Shown here: positions 39,085 through 53,246 of the stretch, piece after piece
Layout of the letters: each line of letters begins with the position of its first letter
Numbering within the stretch: the stretch's first letter is position 1
Assembly (NCBI GenBank): GCA_951406725.2
Contig: OX597817.1
Span: forward strand, 88,102,001-88,166,000
DNA from: Octopus vulgaris
Lineage: Eukaryota
Direction of reading: 5' to 3'
Length of the DNA: 64,000 nt
Notes under the pieces: model-generated
The model's input: only the letters and a program-made list of their open reading frames with translations
What the model was told of the DNA's origin: nothing
Databases searched by the model: none
Position numbers and translations under genes: made by a program

Positions 39085-40320
39085 TAACGTTTACCATGTT
39101 AGTTTTTGCATAGTAGTTGAATGGTTAGATGGAAACATCTAGCCATAATTGAGAATCCTTTGTATATCACCCCAGCCACACACGTGCGTGTACACACACA
39201 CACACACATTCTTATCATCTTATACCTGTTGTATTCTGTGCTTGCATCAGTTAAGCAGATCTTCCCCAGTACAGCATTCTGCCACACATGTTCCTTTGTT
39301 ATATCCTTTCTGAAGGTCAACCTCCTCAGATCAGCTTCACTCCTTCTGCCAATGTCTACCTTTGTTTTCCTCTTTACCTGTTCTACTGGTTCTTTGCACA
39401 TTGATTCCCTAGTACTTCTTTACTCACCTGTTATCATCCTCATATATTACCAATGCTGTCATCAGTCTCCCTTGCGTGCTTTGTCTGATTACTCTTATGC
39501 CCAGCTTTTTTCTCAACTCATCTGTTCCTTGTTGTTGATGGACTCTAACATTGTAGATCATGCTGGAAACTGAAAACTTTACCAGCTGTTACTCAGAGTT
39601 TTAGGTTTCCAGTGTTCAAAACAGTAGAGAAGGATAGTACAAAAAGACCTCTGATTTCATACAAAATGGTAAAATCCTGGTTAGAACAACTTCCATTCTT
39701 AATTTGTTCATAGTTTGATCATTTGATTAAAAGAGGAAAAATATAGATTCCTGAGTGATTAGCAGAGTGATCTACTTTGCTGGATATTCTTAGAATCATA
39801 GTGTCTCTTCCTGACACACTAACAGCCTACCCTACCTTCATATCCTTAATCATACTTTCAACCATGCAACTATCAATGTCAATAGCTGGTCCTTCTGTTG
39901 GATCAACTCAGAGTAGTTCCTCTTTCTCTCATACATTCTCCTCATTCAGCAAACTCTTGTCGTAACATTTTCAAATCTTTTTTATATTTTATTTTAATCT
40001 ATTATTTATTTCTACCAATGACAGCAAATGCACCACAATCATTCCACATACACTTTTTATCAACTTTTCACTTACACTGAAACAATAGTTTGTAATCTAG
40101 AACACCTTCCTCATATCTTTAATCTTCATGTCACAGACTGTGTAATCTTCTTAATTTCTCCTGCTTTATCTAAGTATTCCTGGCATTTAGTATTTCTTCT
40201 TAGCTACCAGATATAGTTCATTGCTCCTTTTCTTTCTAAGCTTCATATGTAGCTTTTATGACTCTATCTAGCAATCTCCCCATCTGCCAGGAATCTTGTA
40301 CTTACTACAATCCTGATCTA
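39085..40320 (-). mobile_element. Decayed RTE LINE fragments
   Basis: Minus EGPAIDIDSCMVESMIKDMK and a 3' RTE-type end. Confidence 0.65.
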
Positions 40321-43300
40321 TTACTCAATGTAGGTTGTCCTCATAGAAAAACTTAGTTGTCTTCTATGCTATAAGCCTCTGTCTTGTCTTGTAGGTATAA
40401 TCTTTATTTTGTGATCTATTTATTTCCTGCCTTAACTTCTGTCCCAGCAGTCAGTCATATTATCTCACTTACTGTCTTTTCATTGTTGTAAGGCAACAAG
40501 ATTGCACTAGTGGTTGTGGTGTAGGTTTCACTGAACCAAGAGACAATGCTGTCACTCTTGTTGTCCCCAAATCTCAAACATAATGGAGTTAGTGTATAGG
40601 TTGCTATATGTTACAATAACAGACCTTGCCTCTTCATTCTGTTCTTTGTTTTAAAAGCAACACATATTTTGCTTAATGCCAAACTTGAGCTAACTGGAGA
40701 GATCTACTCCATGGATCATTGAGGACTGTCTCAAAATTGTGGATGGCACAGTTAAATCCTTTGTGACTTTGGTAATGCTCAGGTTAATTTCTTTCTTCCC
40801 CTTTCACACATGTGTAACAGTTTGGCTTGAAACTATATTTGTTTTTGTTACACATTCTTATTCTGCAGTCTTTCTTTTATCTAAATGTTCCACATCCAAA
40901 GTTTGTTGCATGTTATGTTTGTAAAGATGAAATTGATCCTCCATTTATATTTCTAATATTATGCTCATTTGACAAAATTTATGCCTCTGAAACTGTTTAG
41001 CTTTAAGGTTGTTGATCACCAGGCTATGTTAAGTAGAACATTCTTCACTAATGAAAGGCTTTGTCTTCACAATCAATAGCTATCCTGCTTTCTGTAAAAG
41101 TAGTTTGCTTTTTTATCTTCTTCTTAGGAGATTAGATGGATGACTGGTTACCTGAAGTGCTTAATAATAATCTTTGGTTTAGGCATAAGACTAACAATTT
41201 TGAGGAAAGACTTAGTTGATACCACTGAGCCCAGTGTTTCACTGGTACTTTATTATATTCTTTACTACTCTAGGCACAAGGCCTGGAATTTTGGAGGAGG
41301 GGGCCAGTCAATTAGATCGACCCCAGTACACAACTGGTACTTAATTTATCAACCCTGAAAGGATGAAAGGCAAAGTTGACCTTGGCGGAATATAGGTACT
41401 TTATTACCCCAGAATGATAAAAGGCAAAGTTGGCCATTAGCAGGATTTGAACTCTGTTCACAAACAAAGGTAAATAAATAACAAAGAAATTATCCTCACT
41501 ATACTGGTTCTATCACTCACCACCTTAATCATGATAATGTTACTTTATATATGCTTGGCTACTCAGTTTCACCTCCTTAGAAGAAATGTTCTCTGGTACT
41601 TATATGAACCTCCTGTTTTAGAAAATGATGATGTAGACACAGTGTGGAACTTTAGTCGAACAGCCCACCAGATATCACATTTGAGATTGACGTAGCTTTT
41701 TGACTCATTGGATCCTGTCAAACTGTCCAACCCACACCAGTAGGGAAGACAGACATTAAATGATTACAATGATGATGATGATGATAACGACGACCAGCTT
41801 ACCAGATATCAACCCTCTGATTTATTGAAATCCTACTGAGTCGTCTAATGCATAATGACACAGAAGACAGATATTAAATGATTACAAAGATGATATGGTT
41901 GACAGTGATAAATCACCTGACATTACACTAGAACCCAATGCAGTCCTCTGACTCATGGATGCATTCAAGCCATCTAATCCATTGTCAGTGATGATGATGA
42001 TGACAACAACAGGCCATCAGATATCACATTGGAGCATGATGCAGTCCTCTGATTTGCTAGATCTTGTGAAACTGTCCACCCCACAGAAGACGGGCATTAA
42101 ATGATAGACCACTAGATATCACAAAAAACCTGACATTACTGCAACAAAATGACAATAGGCAGTGCAATTCCAAAATGTGTTTTATGTTTATACCAATTTA
42201 AAGTGTGATCTGATTGTTTACCTTGTTCCTTTTTATGTCCTGTCCCTTAGTTGTCTGGCAAATAAACATAAATACTGGAGTTGGTAGATACAGTTACAAC
42301 TAAAACCTTTGTAGGCAATACCCCAGCATGGCCACAGTCCAATGACTGACATCATCATGAAGTTAGGGAATGCCATGAGAATTTCTTTTTGTGCCTGAGA
42401 TGGCTGCTAGGTTATTGAGAAAAGCTCATCAATATTGGTTTATGAACACAGTTTTGTATCATTTATACATTAATCGAATAAATTTTCCTTTATTTTCTTA
42501 TAAAGTGTTTTATCCCATGTTAAAATTGGGTCATTTGACTTCACACATTGAACATCTGGTCAAATACTGCATATGTATCTTTGAAAACCTCAGTTTTTCA
42601 GTTGAAATAAGGCTATCTATTGTCAAAATGTGTTTTGGGTACAATGATTAAAAAACAATATGCATGTTTAACAAAGGCATTCTCTCACCTAATAACATAT
42701 CAAATTTTAAATTGCAAGGAAATTTGAAATAAGGTAGCATATATTAATGATAGGAATCAAGTTCCTACTTGATAAGCAAATATAGAACATCTGTTAGTTT
42801 TAGAGATGTGGGTTTAAGTCCCATTGGCAGCCTTCAACTTTTCCTATCCCAAAGGGATGTTAATCCAATATTTACAAGTTATTTTTAGTTTTATATACTT
42901 CAAGTTCTACTGTTAAAAATTAATCATTTGATATTCTCTTGAGGTTTTGTGGCTGTGTGGTAAGAAGCTATCTTCCCGACCACATGGTTCTGGGTTGTCC
43001 CACTGCATGGCAAATGTCTTCTATTACAGCCTTGGGCTGACCAAAGCCTTGTGAGTGGATTTGGCTGACAGAAAATGAAAGAAGCCCATCATATATATAT
43101 ATATCTCACAGAGGCAATGATGAAAGACCGAGACCTCTGGAGATATGCTGTGACTGCAAAAACCCAGCAAATAAAGTGAGTAAACGGCTGTATCCTACAC
43201 CAGTTTTGCATAACCAGCCCCAGCCTTTTCAAAAGTATCTTGGATCGTAGGGTGACTTGCTGTGCTTATCTTGGATTGTAGGGCGACCTGCTGTGCTTGA

Positions 43301-43672
43301 GACCTATTGAGTCAAGTGCATCAATATCAAAATCAAAATCAAATTGTAGTTGTGATACCCGTGCTGGTAGAACGTAAAAAGCACCGTCTGAACATGGACG
43401 ATGCCAGTGCCGCCGTTGACTGGCTTCCGTGCTGGTGGCATGTAAAAAGCATCAGCTGATCACGGTCATTGTCAGCCCCTTCTGGCCCCTGTGCCGGTGG
43501 CACATAAAAAGCACCTACTACACTCATGAAGTGGTTGGCATTAGGGCATCTAGCTGTAGAAACACTGCCAGATCAGACTGGAGCCTGGTGCAGCCTCCTG
43601 GCTTCCCAGACCCCAGTTGAACCGTCCAACCCATGCTAGCATGGAAAACAGACGTTAAACGATGATAATATA

Positions 43673-43901
43673 CAGGGTGGCCCAAAAGTAGGTTTACAGT
43701 TATTCAACTATCTCTTTCGCATTCATATATTAACAGTTTAGATCTTAATTATAAAAAAATATGAAACCATTATTCTATGCTAATTTATTTCATTTTATCA
43801 AGCTCCCTTTTCAGTTTGTAAGATTTAAATGTAATAAAATGTTTTAAAAGAAATTTGAAGTGCCTATGTGATAACTGTAAACCTACTTTTGGGCCACCTT
43901 G
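43673..43901. mobile_element. Tc1/mariner-type MITE
   Basis: 31-bp TIR CAGGGTGGCCCAAAAGTAGGTTTACAGTTAT (1 mismatch), TA TSD. Confidence 0.9.
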
Positions 43902-44678
43902 TATGTGTGTGTGTGTGTGTATGTGTGTGTCTGTTTGTTCCCTCATACTGGTGTTGATGTGTTTACGCCCTGTTACTTAGCAGTTCAGCAGAAGAGACAG
44001 ACAGAATAAGTAGTAGGCTTAAAAAAATAAATCCTGGGGTTCATTTGTTCAACTAAAACCTTTCAAAGCAGTGCTCCAGCATGGCCACAGTCAACTGACT
44101 AAAACAAGTAGAAAAATAAACGACTTACAATTCTCGCTGGTAAGAACAAAGTTTCTAAAATGGGTAGAGAATTTCAAAGGATTGCTTTGGTGCAGCAGCA
44201 GAACATCCGTCATGTTTTCAGAAGATCTGTGTTCAAGTCCCACAGGCAGCCTTCAACTTCTTCAATTCAAAAGTTCCTTAACTCAATATTTACTTGTCAA
44301 GCTAAATGAAATTGTGGTCATGGCTGGTGATGCATGAATGGTACCCATGTTGGTGATGTATAAAAGGCACCCATGTCAGTGGCACATAAAAGGCACCCAG
44401 TATATTCAGTGGAGTGGCTGACATTAGGAAGGACATCCAGCCACATAAACTACCAAATCAAAACAGATTGGAGCCTGGTGCAGCACTCCAGCTTAACGTC
44501 TAACCCATGCCAATATGGAAAACAAATGTTAAATGATAACGATGATGATTTACATGCTATCATTAAATCTTATCTACATCAAGTTCTACAGTTAAAGACC
44601 CATTTGCAGTTATCAGAAAATGGTTGACAGACAACAAGAGAATCCCTTCAACAACAAAATGACAATATTTCTTAATAA

Positions 44679-44684
44679 TTTATT
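44679..44684 (-). terminator. Candidate MRPL42 polyadenylation signal
   Basis: AATAAA on the minus strand ~70 nt after the stop. Confidence 0.5.
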
Positions 44685-44752
44685 TTCTTAAAAATATCCT
44701 TATTAACCTATCATTACAAAAGGATAAAATACAACAAAGGTAAGGTTATAAA

Positions 44753-44807
44753 TCAAAGTCTTTCTCTGTCTTTTGGTTCATTTGGTTTTTTGTATCTTTT
44801 CTCTGGC
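44753..44807 (-). CDS. MRPL42: MRPL42 exon 6 (PEKRYKKPNEPKDRERL*)
   Basis: tttcag|G...TGA; PKDR C-terminal motif. Confidence 0.9.
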
Positions 44808-46603
44808 CTGAAATGACAGGAAGAAATGTTATTACACAAATGTTACCTATTTTACATGACATGATTATCTTCAATAAAGTTTAACGCTTTAGCATTCAGA
44901 TTACTCTCTCTCTTGCCAGGTAACCATGTACCTTCTCTATAGCAGGACACCTGTTTCTGCCTCTCTGTCTCTGCCACACTAACCTTTCATCATCTGACAC
45001 AAGATCACATCCTTCAATGATCCCTCCCCTCTCAAAGACTCCTTGTCTTGCAAGTTACTTGGTGACCTTGCTGGTGCCATGTAAAAAGCATCCAGTCCAC
45101 ACTGTGAAGTGGTTGGCATTTAGAAGGGCATCCAGCTGTATAAGCCATGCTAAAACTGACATTGCCTGTGCTAATGCCACATAAAAAGCACTCAGTCCAC
45201 TCTGTGAGGTGGTTGGTGTTAGGAAGGGCATCCAGCCATAAACACCATGTCAAATCAGACACAGAAGCCTGGTGTAGTCTTCTGCCTAGCTGGCTCCTGT
45301 CAAACCATTTAACACATGATACATGATGATGATGATTACACTGTCAATTGTAATGGTTATTTATTCACATTGTTTTGAATTTATCAAGTATTATCTTGTA
45401 GCTTTGACAATGCAATGATGTGGTTGCTTATTCTGAGGATGTCATTGAAGGATAGGTGTGAGGGGCTGGATCAAGATGATTTGAACATAAAGCAGGTAGA
45501 ATATTTGGGCCAGTTTAAATGCTACATGATTAACCTTGTTTAAGCAGATTTACAAATAATGACATTCTAGCCATTATTATGTCATCTTCTTTTCACATAG
45601 TAAAAAAAGCAAGAAAGCTGCAGGAAGATATGCACTGTGTATGGAAAAGATGCTGTTACGGAACATGTGTTCTAGAAGTGGTTTTCAAGATTTCAAAATC
45701 GGAAAATTCTTTGGATCAAGATGCAACTCACTCTGGCCAGTCTGTTATATGACTAGGATGATTGCAGATATTCCCCAAATATCCAAATTGAGTCTTGAAA
45801 ATCATTTTCATCAACTTGGTTATGTCAGCAGGCTTGATGTTTGGGTCGCACATCAATGGAATAATGAAATAAGGCTAACTTTGCCCAACGGATTTTCATC
45901 TGTGATCCATTGCAGAAAAGTGAAGAAAATAATCTTTTTTTGAAGAGAATGGTGACAGGGATGAAAAATTGATCAGTCTATAACAATGTGAAGTGCAGCA
46001 AGCCACTACAAACAACCTCCAAAGCAGGACTCCACCCAGAGAAAGTTATGCTTTCAATTTGGAGGGATTGGAAGGGTGTTGTCTTTTACAAGCTTCTTCC
46101 CATGAAAAATGACCATCAATTTGGATGTATACTGTGACCAGCTGGACAAATTAAATGCAGTGATCCACATGAAGTGTCCAGCACTAGCTAATTGCAAGAG
46201 CATTGTCTTTCATCATAACAATGCCAAACAGCACACTTCTATGCAGACGTGGCAGAAATTATTGGAAGTTAGCTGGGAAGTTTTGTTGCATCCTCCACAA
46301 GGCCCGACCTTGTGCCTTCAGATTTCCACCAGTTTCAAACTCTTCAAAATTCATTGAATGGTCAGGCCTTCAACTCCGTAGAGGACATAAAAATTCACAT
46401 GGAAGAGTGTTTCACCAGTGAAATAGGAAATTCTTTGAGCATGGAATAATGGATCTGCCAATAAGATAGCAGAAGATACTGGAATAAAACATTAATTATA
46501 TCAATGATTGAATAAATCTCTTTGTGTTTAAAGCTTGTCATATTTTTGCTTAGAAAATTGATAGAACATTTTTTGCCAACCCTATCTCTCTCTCTCTCTC
46601 TCG

Positions 46604-46640
<37 letters not shown>

Positions 46641-46790
46641 GGAGTAAACACATAAATGTGAAACAAGGTGGAAAAAAGAGTACTCAAATATCAGAGGTAG
46701 AGTAATATGCTTTAACAAAACTGTCCGACGAATGGGAACGTGAAACTCCGAGTAACAGGTTTTGTTGAATTTCTGCTGCTTTTAAATAAA

Positions 46791-46842
<52 letters not shown>

Positions 46843-49800
46843 TTTACTCGTTCCAGTCATTGGATTGCAACCAAGCTGGAGCAATGCCTTTAGATGAACA
46901 AATTGATCCCTGTACTAATTTTTTAATTCTGGTACATATTCTATCAGTCTCTTTTGTCAAACCTCTAAGTTATGGGGATGTAAGCAAACTAACACCAGTT
47001 GTCAAGTAGTGGTGGACACACACATACATACATATATAACTGGCTTCCATGCAGTTTCTGTCTACTAAGTTCACTTAAGGCACAGGTCAGCCTGAGGCTA
47101 TAGTTGAAGACATTTGCTGAAGATGCTGCACAGTGGGACTGAACCCACCATATGACTGCAAAGCGAGCTTCTTAACCACACAGCCATACTTATAAAACAT
47201 AAAATGACTTCTGTGTTAACAGTGCTTTCTTTTATTTTTATAATGTACTATAGAACACACCAACAGATTTATTTACCAACACTATGTGTTACAACAATTG
47301 TAAGCAATATGGCAGTCCATGAACAACATATTGTTTATGGACATAATGTTTACAACTGTCATTATATACTGTATTGGTTAATAAATCTAAAGTTATTTCT
47401 ATATTATAGAAACGATCTATAGACTTGAGCCTCTATTATATTAGTCTTCTAGCATTCAGAAGATTTACTTATGTTAGTTTAAAAATTTTGACATAAGGCC
47501 AGCAATTTCAGAGAAGGGGTTAAGTCAATTACACCAACTCCAGTGTTCAACTGGTACTTATTCTATTGACCTCAAAAGGAATGAAAGGCAAAGTTGACCT
47601 CAGTGGAATTTGAATTCAGAACATAAAGACAAATGAAATGCTGTTAACCAGTCTGCCAGCTCACCACCTTTACAATGGTTAATATTGATTAATCACTAGG
47701 GAAACTCATTTTCAGTATCCAAATTGTAACTATATGTATGAATAAATTAAATGTGAATTGCAGCTGGTAAAGGTGGTACAATGACAGAATGGTCTTGGGC
47801 CTTCAACTACTGGAGTTGCAGGGGTACTGTCGTAACATACAATGTGTCTTGGGTATTTAAAAATTTGGCAGAGTTCATCTGTCTTTGTTTAACCCTTTGG
47901 CATTTAAACTGGCTATATCCGGCCAAAATATTCTACCTGGTTTATGTTCAAACTGACCTTTCATATCTACCCTACAATATCATTCTAAAAAAACAATCAC
48001 TTCATCAAAATCTCAAAGCTATGAGATAATGCATGATTAACACAAAATAATTGAATAAATAAGCATTATATTTGACAGAATAATCTGAATGCTAAAGGCT
48101 TAACCAGTCAAATTCTTCTAGAGAAGAAAACAAAGAATAGAGTCAACTTCAGCACTGCTCTGGTTCTTTAGTTATTGACTCCAAAAAGATGAAGGATGAA
48201 ATTGACCTCAGTAAGATTTGAAAGCAGAAGACAGAGAACTGGAACAAATGATATATCTTTTATTTGACACCTTAATGCCTCTGCCAAGTCATGCTGGCAT
48301 GGGCTGAATGGTTTGACCAGAGCTGGCAAGCAGGAGAGCTGCACCAGGTTCAAATCTGATTTGGCATGGTTTCTATGGTGGAATGCCCTTCCTAATACCA
48401 GTCACTTCACAAATGTGTGCTGGATGCTTTTAACGTGGCGCCACACGCGCTTTATGTAGTATTGGCACAAGAGCTCTTTATGTGGTGCTGGCACAGGACT
48501 CTTGGAAATCAATCCTATTCACCAAGGGATGTGGCCTTAACACTTTTGCTGGCTCACTCAACTTTCAGTTCATAGTTCTCCTAGGATTATATGTAGCTAC
48601 TGAGCCCCAACTACATGCTGTTAGGTTTATTTCACTCACCAGAAATCTATAGTAAACTCAGGCGACGAGCTGACAGAAACGGTAAGCACGCTGGGCGAAA
48701 TGCTTAGCGGTATTTCGTCTGTCGCTATGTTCTGAGCTCAAATTCCGCCGAGGTCAACTTTGCCTTTCATCCTTTCAGGGTCAGTTAAATAAGTACCAGT
48801 TACGCACTGGGGTCGATATAATCGATTTAATCCGTTTGTTTGTCCTTGTTTGTCCCATCTGTGTGTAGCCCCTTGTGGGCAGTAAAGAAACAAGAAATCT
48901 ATAGTAAACTCATTTATTATTTAAGTTCACTTACTTTGGAAACCATCGGTGTTTTGTTGTGAAGAATATGTTGGCAAGTTCCTGGTTTGTTGGTCCATCT
49001 GGTCTGAGACGTAGTTTTTCTGCCAGGAGATGCTGTACTTTCATAGGAGACTCAGCCTGATAGAATAATATTATTTAAACAGACAAGAGTAAAGTTATAG
49101 ATCATTTCATATTTAATAGACAAAAGACAAATGAAAATAATAAGGATGTCTTTTTGTAGTAATTATAAGTATCTCTCACTAAAGATTAAGAGATTAACTA
49201 TGTAGTGAACAAACTCATGTCTTTAACTACATCTTCCACAATAACATTCCTGAAAATGTTTTTTCATATGGAATTCCCTAACATAAAACCTATTTTCCTG
49301 TTATCTACTATATTGCATGGAAATCAATGAACATCAAAATTAAATGAGAAAGCATGCTTCCATAGTACAGAAGATGCCTGTATTTTCATTCACTGACACC
49401 CCTAAAAAAAAGCATGACTACCATACAATCCCATTCACCAAACTGTATAAATCTGGGGAATCAAAACAAACCAACATTTATAAGGAACAGAAACAGAAAT
49501 GAGTGATGTGATTACATTAGTTTTGAATTTGGAAGAATGAAATGGAAAGTTGACTTCACAAACGTAATGTATAATGTCAGAGATATTTAGTACCAGGTTC
49601 AGAAGGTCACCATTAATGGTAGCTGACCTACTCTTGGTGAATTCATGTAAATCACACACATACTCAAAAGCAACAGATATTTTTATTTCTATTTTTATTA
49701 AACTAGCTCAGGTTAGTTAGTTCTGTACTGGCTATCATAAATTTTTGTATGAATTTCTAGTGAAGTTAGATTTCTTCCCTAACAAAGAGAAATCTATCTT

Positions 49801-52800
49801 ATCTGTGTTATTAATAGATTGTCTAAAGAGAGTAACATAACTTGCTTAAGAGTACACTGCATTGTTTGAAATAATCACAGATTAAATCTGACTATCTCCA
49901 TCACTTTTATTCTCAACTCGATCATCTCCTCCTCCCTCTATATCACTTGAAGTATTGTCTCCTTGTAGAATCAAGTTTTAGATTCTTCATCCTTCTTTCT
50001 CCAGGCTACCCCTCTTACACCATCTCTTTCATCACCTCACCCCTTCACTTCATCTTTCTACAATCAAAGTGATGACCACACTATCTTTTCTCTCCTCAAA
50101 TGAAGGACAAGAGTCTGAAATATAAAATTCCTCCCTCCTTGCAGCAATTGAATTTCTCAAACACTTCTTTGAAATTATAGTCTGACATCTTAACCTCTCT
50201 ACAGAAAATGAAAGTTTGTGATACAAATACAGGAATTACAAATTTAACCAAACATATAACAAATTAAGGACTTACCTAAATTTAGATGCAAATTAGTCTT
50301 TAAAATATTCAAATATCTCATATTAATCACTTTATAATTATTTTATGTTTTCTCAGTGTAAGATCATTTATAATATATGTAATGATTAACATTTCAGTAG
50401 CCTTCAACTTAATTCTTACAAAATCATTTTCTCAACAGAAAGGTTAAATTCTCCTGAACAAATTCAAAGAGTTGCCAGAACTTTGTGTGTACAAATTAAA
50501 ATTGAAGTAAATATTTTTACAAACCTCTTGAATCTCTGGGAGTTTCCGAGGGAGTGGCTATAAAGAAAGAATGGTAAAAATAAATACAAAATTACAGAAT
50601 AAAACAGAAATTGAAAAATGAATTATATCAATACTTAAATTCTTGTAGTGCTTCCTCTAAATAAACCTCCTGATTCTGTTAGAAACTGGCAAGTTTGAGA
50701 AAATGTAGTTGGTCTAGGATAAAAATCATAAAAATATAACTATTATCTGAATTTTTATGAAATTTGGTGAGATTTTACCTGTTGTCATGTTACTGTCACT
50801 TGCCCAGGTAGGTTGAATACAAGTAAGTTATTACACATAGATGCTGCAACATATTTATGAGATATTAATTTCTGGGCATTGATTACCTGTCTCAGAGCTC
50901 AATTTGTATACCAGTGGTCACTGTAACTTGGAAGCTGCATAACTATCATCTGAAAACCATTCTGAGATATACCACAACCTCCAGTTATGTAATAAAGGTT
51001 GTGTTGCCCTGTTGACATACAAACTTTGTGATCTCACTGTCCATCTTTCAGGAAAAAAGTTGCAGAAAATATTCAATGAGCTTTGCTTTCTAAGTGAAAA
51101 GGTCCCAGATCACTAATGAAAGCATTGATGTAATGCTTAACTACATGATTATTCCACCCCTTCTAAGAATGGATAAATCTCAATATAAATTGCAGTCACA
51201 ATCACTTAGATGTCTAACATGTGTAGATGACACTGAAATATTTCTCTGATTGTTTTCTCTAAATACAAGCTCTTTTTCTCTAATTAAATCATTGATAAAT
51301 AATAATAAATATGTCATTAATATATAATACCATGAAATTCTAACCCACTGCTTGAGCTGCTACCTACCATATGTGAAAACCAAAGGAAGAAAAGAATTCA
51401 ATGAAATTCTCTTAATAAGCCACAAAAAACAAATGTATATAGTGTAAATGAAAAGTCTTTTGACAGGAATTTCTTTCTAGAAGGATGCCAAATTTTGTTC
51501 CTTGCACAGAAAAGTGCTTACTTCATGCTTTTTGATTCTAAACAAGAACACTCCTTGAACTGCGGTTACAGTACATTGCAACAGTTGCAGTTTCTAGGTG
51601 CATGGGACTTTAGGAGTTAATAAATGTAGGGAAGGACTGAACAGAAGTGATGTAGAGTAGCAGGAGTCTCATTTGTCAGTAACAACCTCTCTAGAGCTAT
51701 TTGTATGACAAAATGCACTTAGTGCATACTGTAATGTGGCTGGTGATATAAAAGGGTATACAGCCATAAGAATCATGCTAAAAGCGTGATATACATTACA
51801 CAGATGGCCAATTCCCTCTGTTGCTATGTGTACCAGAGGAGGAAGGATTGCACCAAGTGAAACCCTGAAACCTGTTCAACCAATTGCAATGATGATTTAA
51901 TTACACAGTAATTAAAAATGAATATAAAGCAAAGAAAGTAAAAATATCACCCCACCTTACTATATTCATATGGAAAAGGTATTTCTGGATGCCAACAGAC
52001 AAATGTCATATTATCATCAGTTGTTCCAACCAAAACATTTCTGTAATGTAAATAAAAATGATTTTCAATTTACTTATTGTGCTATAAACAGATACTAACA
52101 CAATTTCCTTTATTGGAGTATAGGTTAATGTCTTGAAATGAATCCTTCATTATATATAAATCTGAGCTGTTGTTGCCAACCAACAGGAAACGCCTAAACT
52201 TAGACACACACTCTTTCACAAATGTAAAGCAGACTTCAAACACACACACACACAAATGTATGTCAGTCTGTAAGAATATATGTGCATGTGTCTGAGTCTG
52301 AATATGTCTACATCTCCATCTGTGATGACACAAGCATGGTGGATGTTAGCTTGCTTCATGTAATAAGCCAAGAAATTATCTTTAATTAAAGTTACACTCT
52401 CTGATGAGGACAACCATTACTAATCCACACAAATAAAACAAGGTTAATGAAGACCACTCCGAAATCTTTACGTGGTGAAGAATCGATTTGAACAGTATGG
52501 TGAGCTGGACATAGTGCACTATCTTTATACTTCATTGGTAAAACAAAGTCCAATCATTTACTGTAAAATCTTAGAATGACTAGAAAAAATTAGATTTTAC
52601 ATGAATGAAACATAATTTGGACTTACAGGTCACGTCTAAACTGTAGATAATTTATGAAGCTGAAAACTAACTAGATGGGCTGAGGAATCCCTAACTGAGA
52701 CTGAAGATATTGGTTTAAATGAAATTCCAAAAACAACTGCATTGTCAGGAGATGCATACTACTTTGATAAGACAAAACAGTGGTACTTATTCTAATTGTC

Positions 52801-52928
52801 TCTTTTGCCAAACTGCAAAGTTATGGGACATAAACACTAGCACCAGATGTCAAGTGGTGGTGGGGGACAAACACAGACACACACGCATCCATTTCCAAAT
52901 AAGTCTATCTATCTATCTATCTCTCTAT

Positions 52929-52968
<40 letters not shown>

Positions 52969-53179
52969 ATATATATATATATATATATATCAATATCAAT
53001 AATAGAGTGATTGTTTCTTGTCAGGAACAAAAAGATTAATAGGACTGCTATAGAAGTGCTCTATTAAAAGAGACAAAAATATCAAACTAAAGTTATTGAA
53101 CAAACAAATGCAAAATAATGTTCAAATTATGAAATGCTATGCGGATGACCTTGCATTTGTTTGTTCAATAACTTTAGTT

Positions 53180-53246
<67 letters not shown>

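Noticed and set aside
52082-52193. Possible extra MRPL42 exon (RFLLVGNN...)
   Set aside because: The available donor gives the wrong phase or a stop, there is no mL42 similarity, and the model is complete without it
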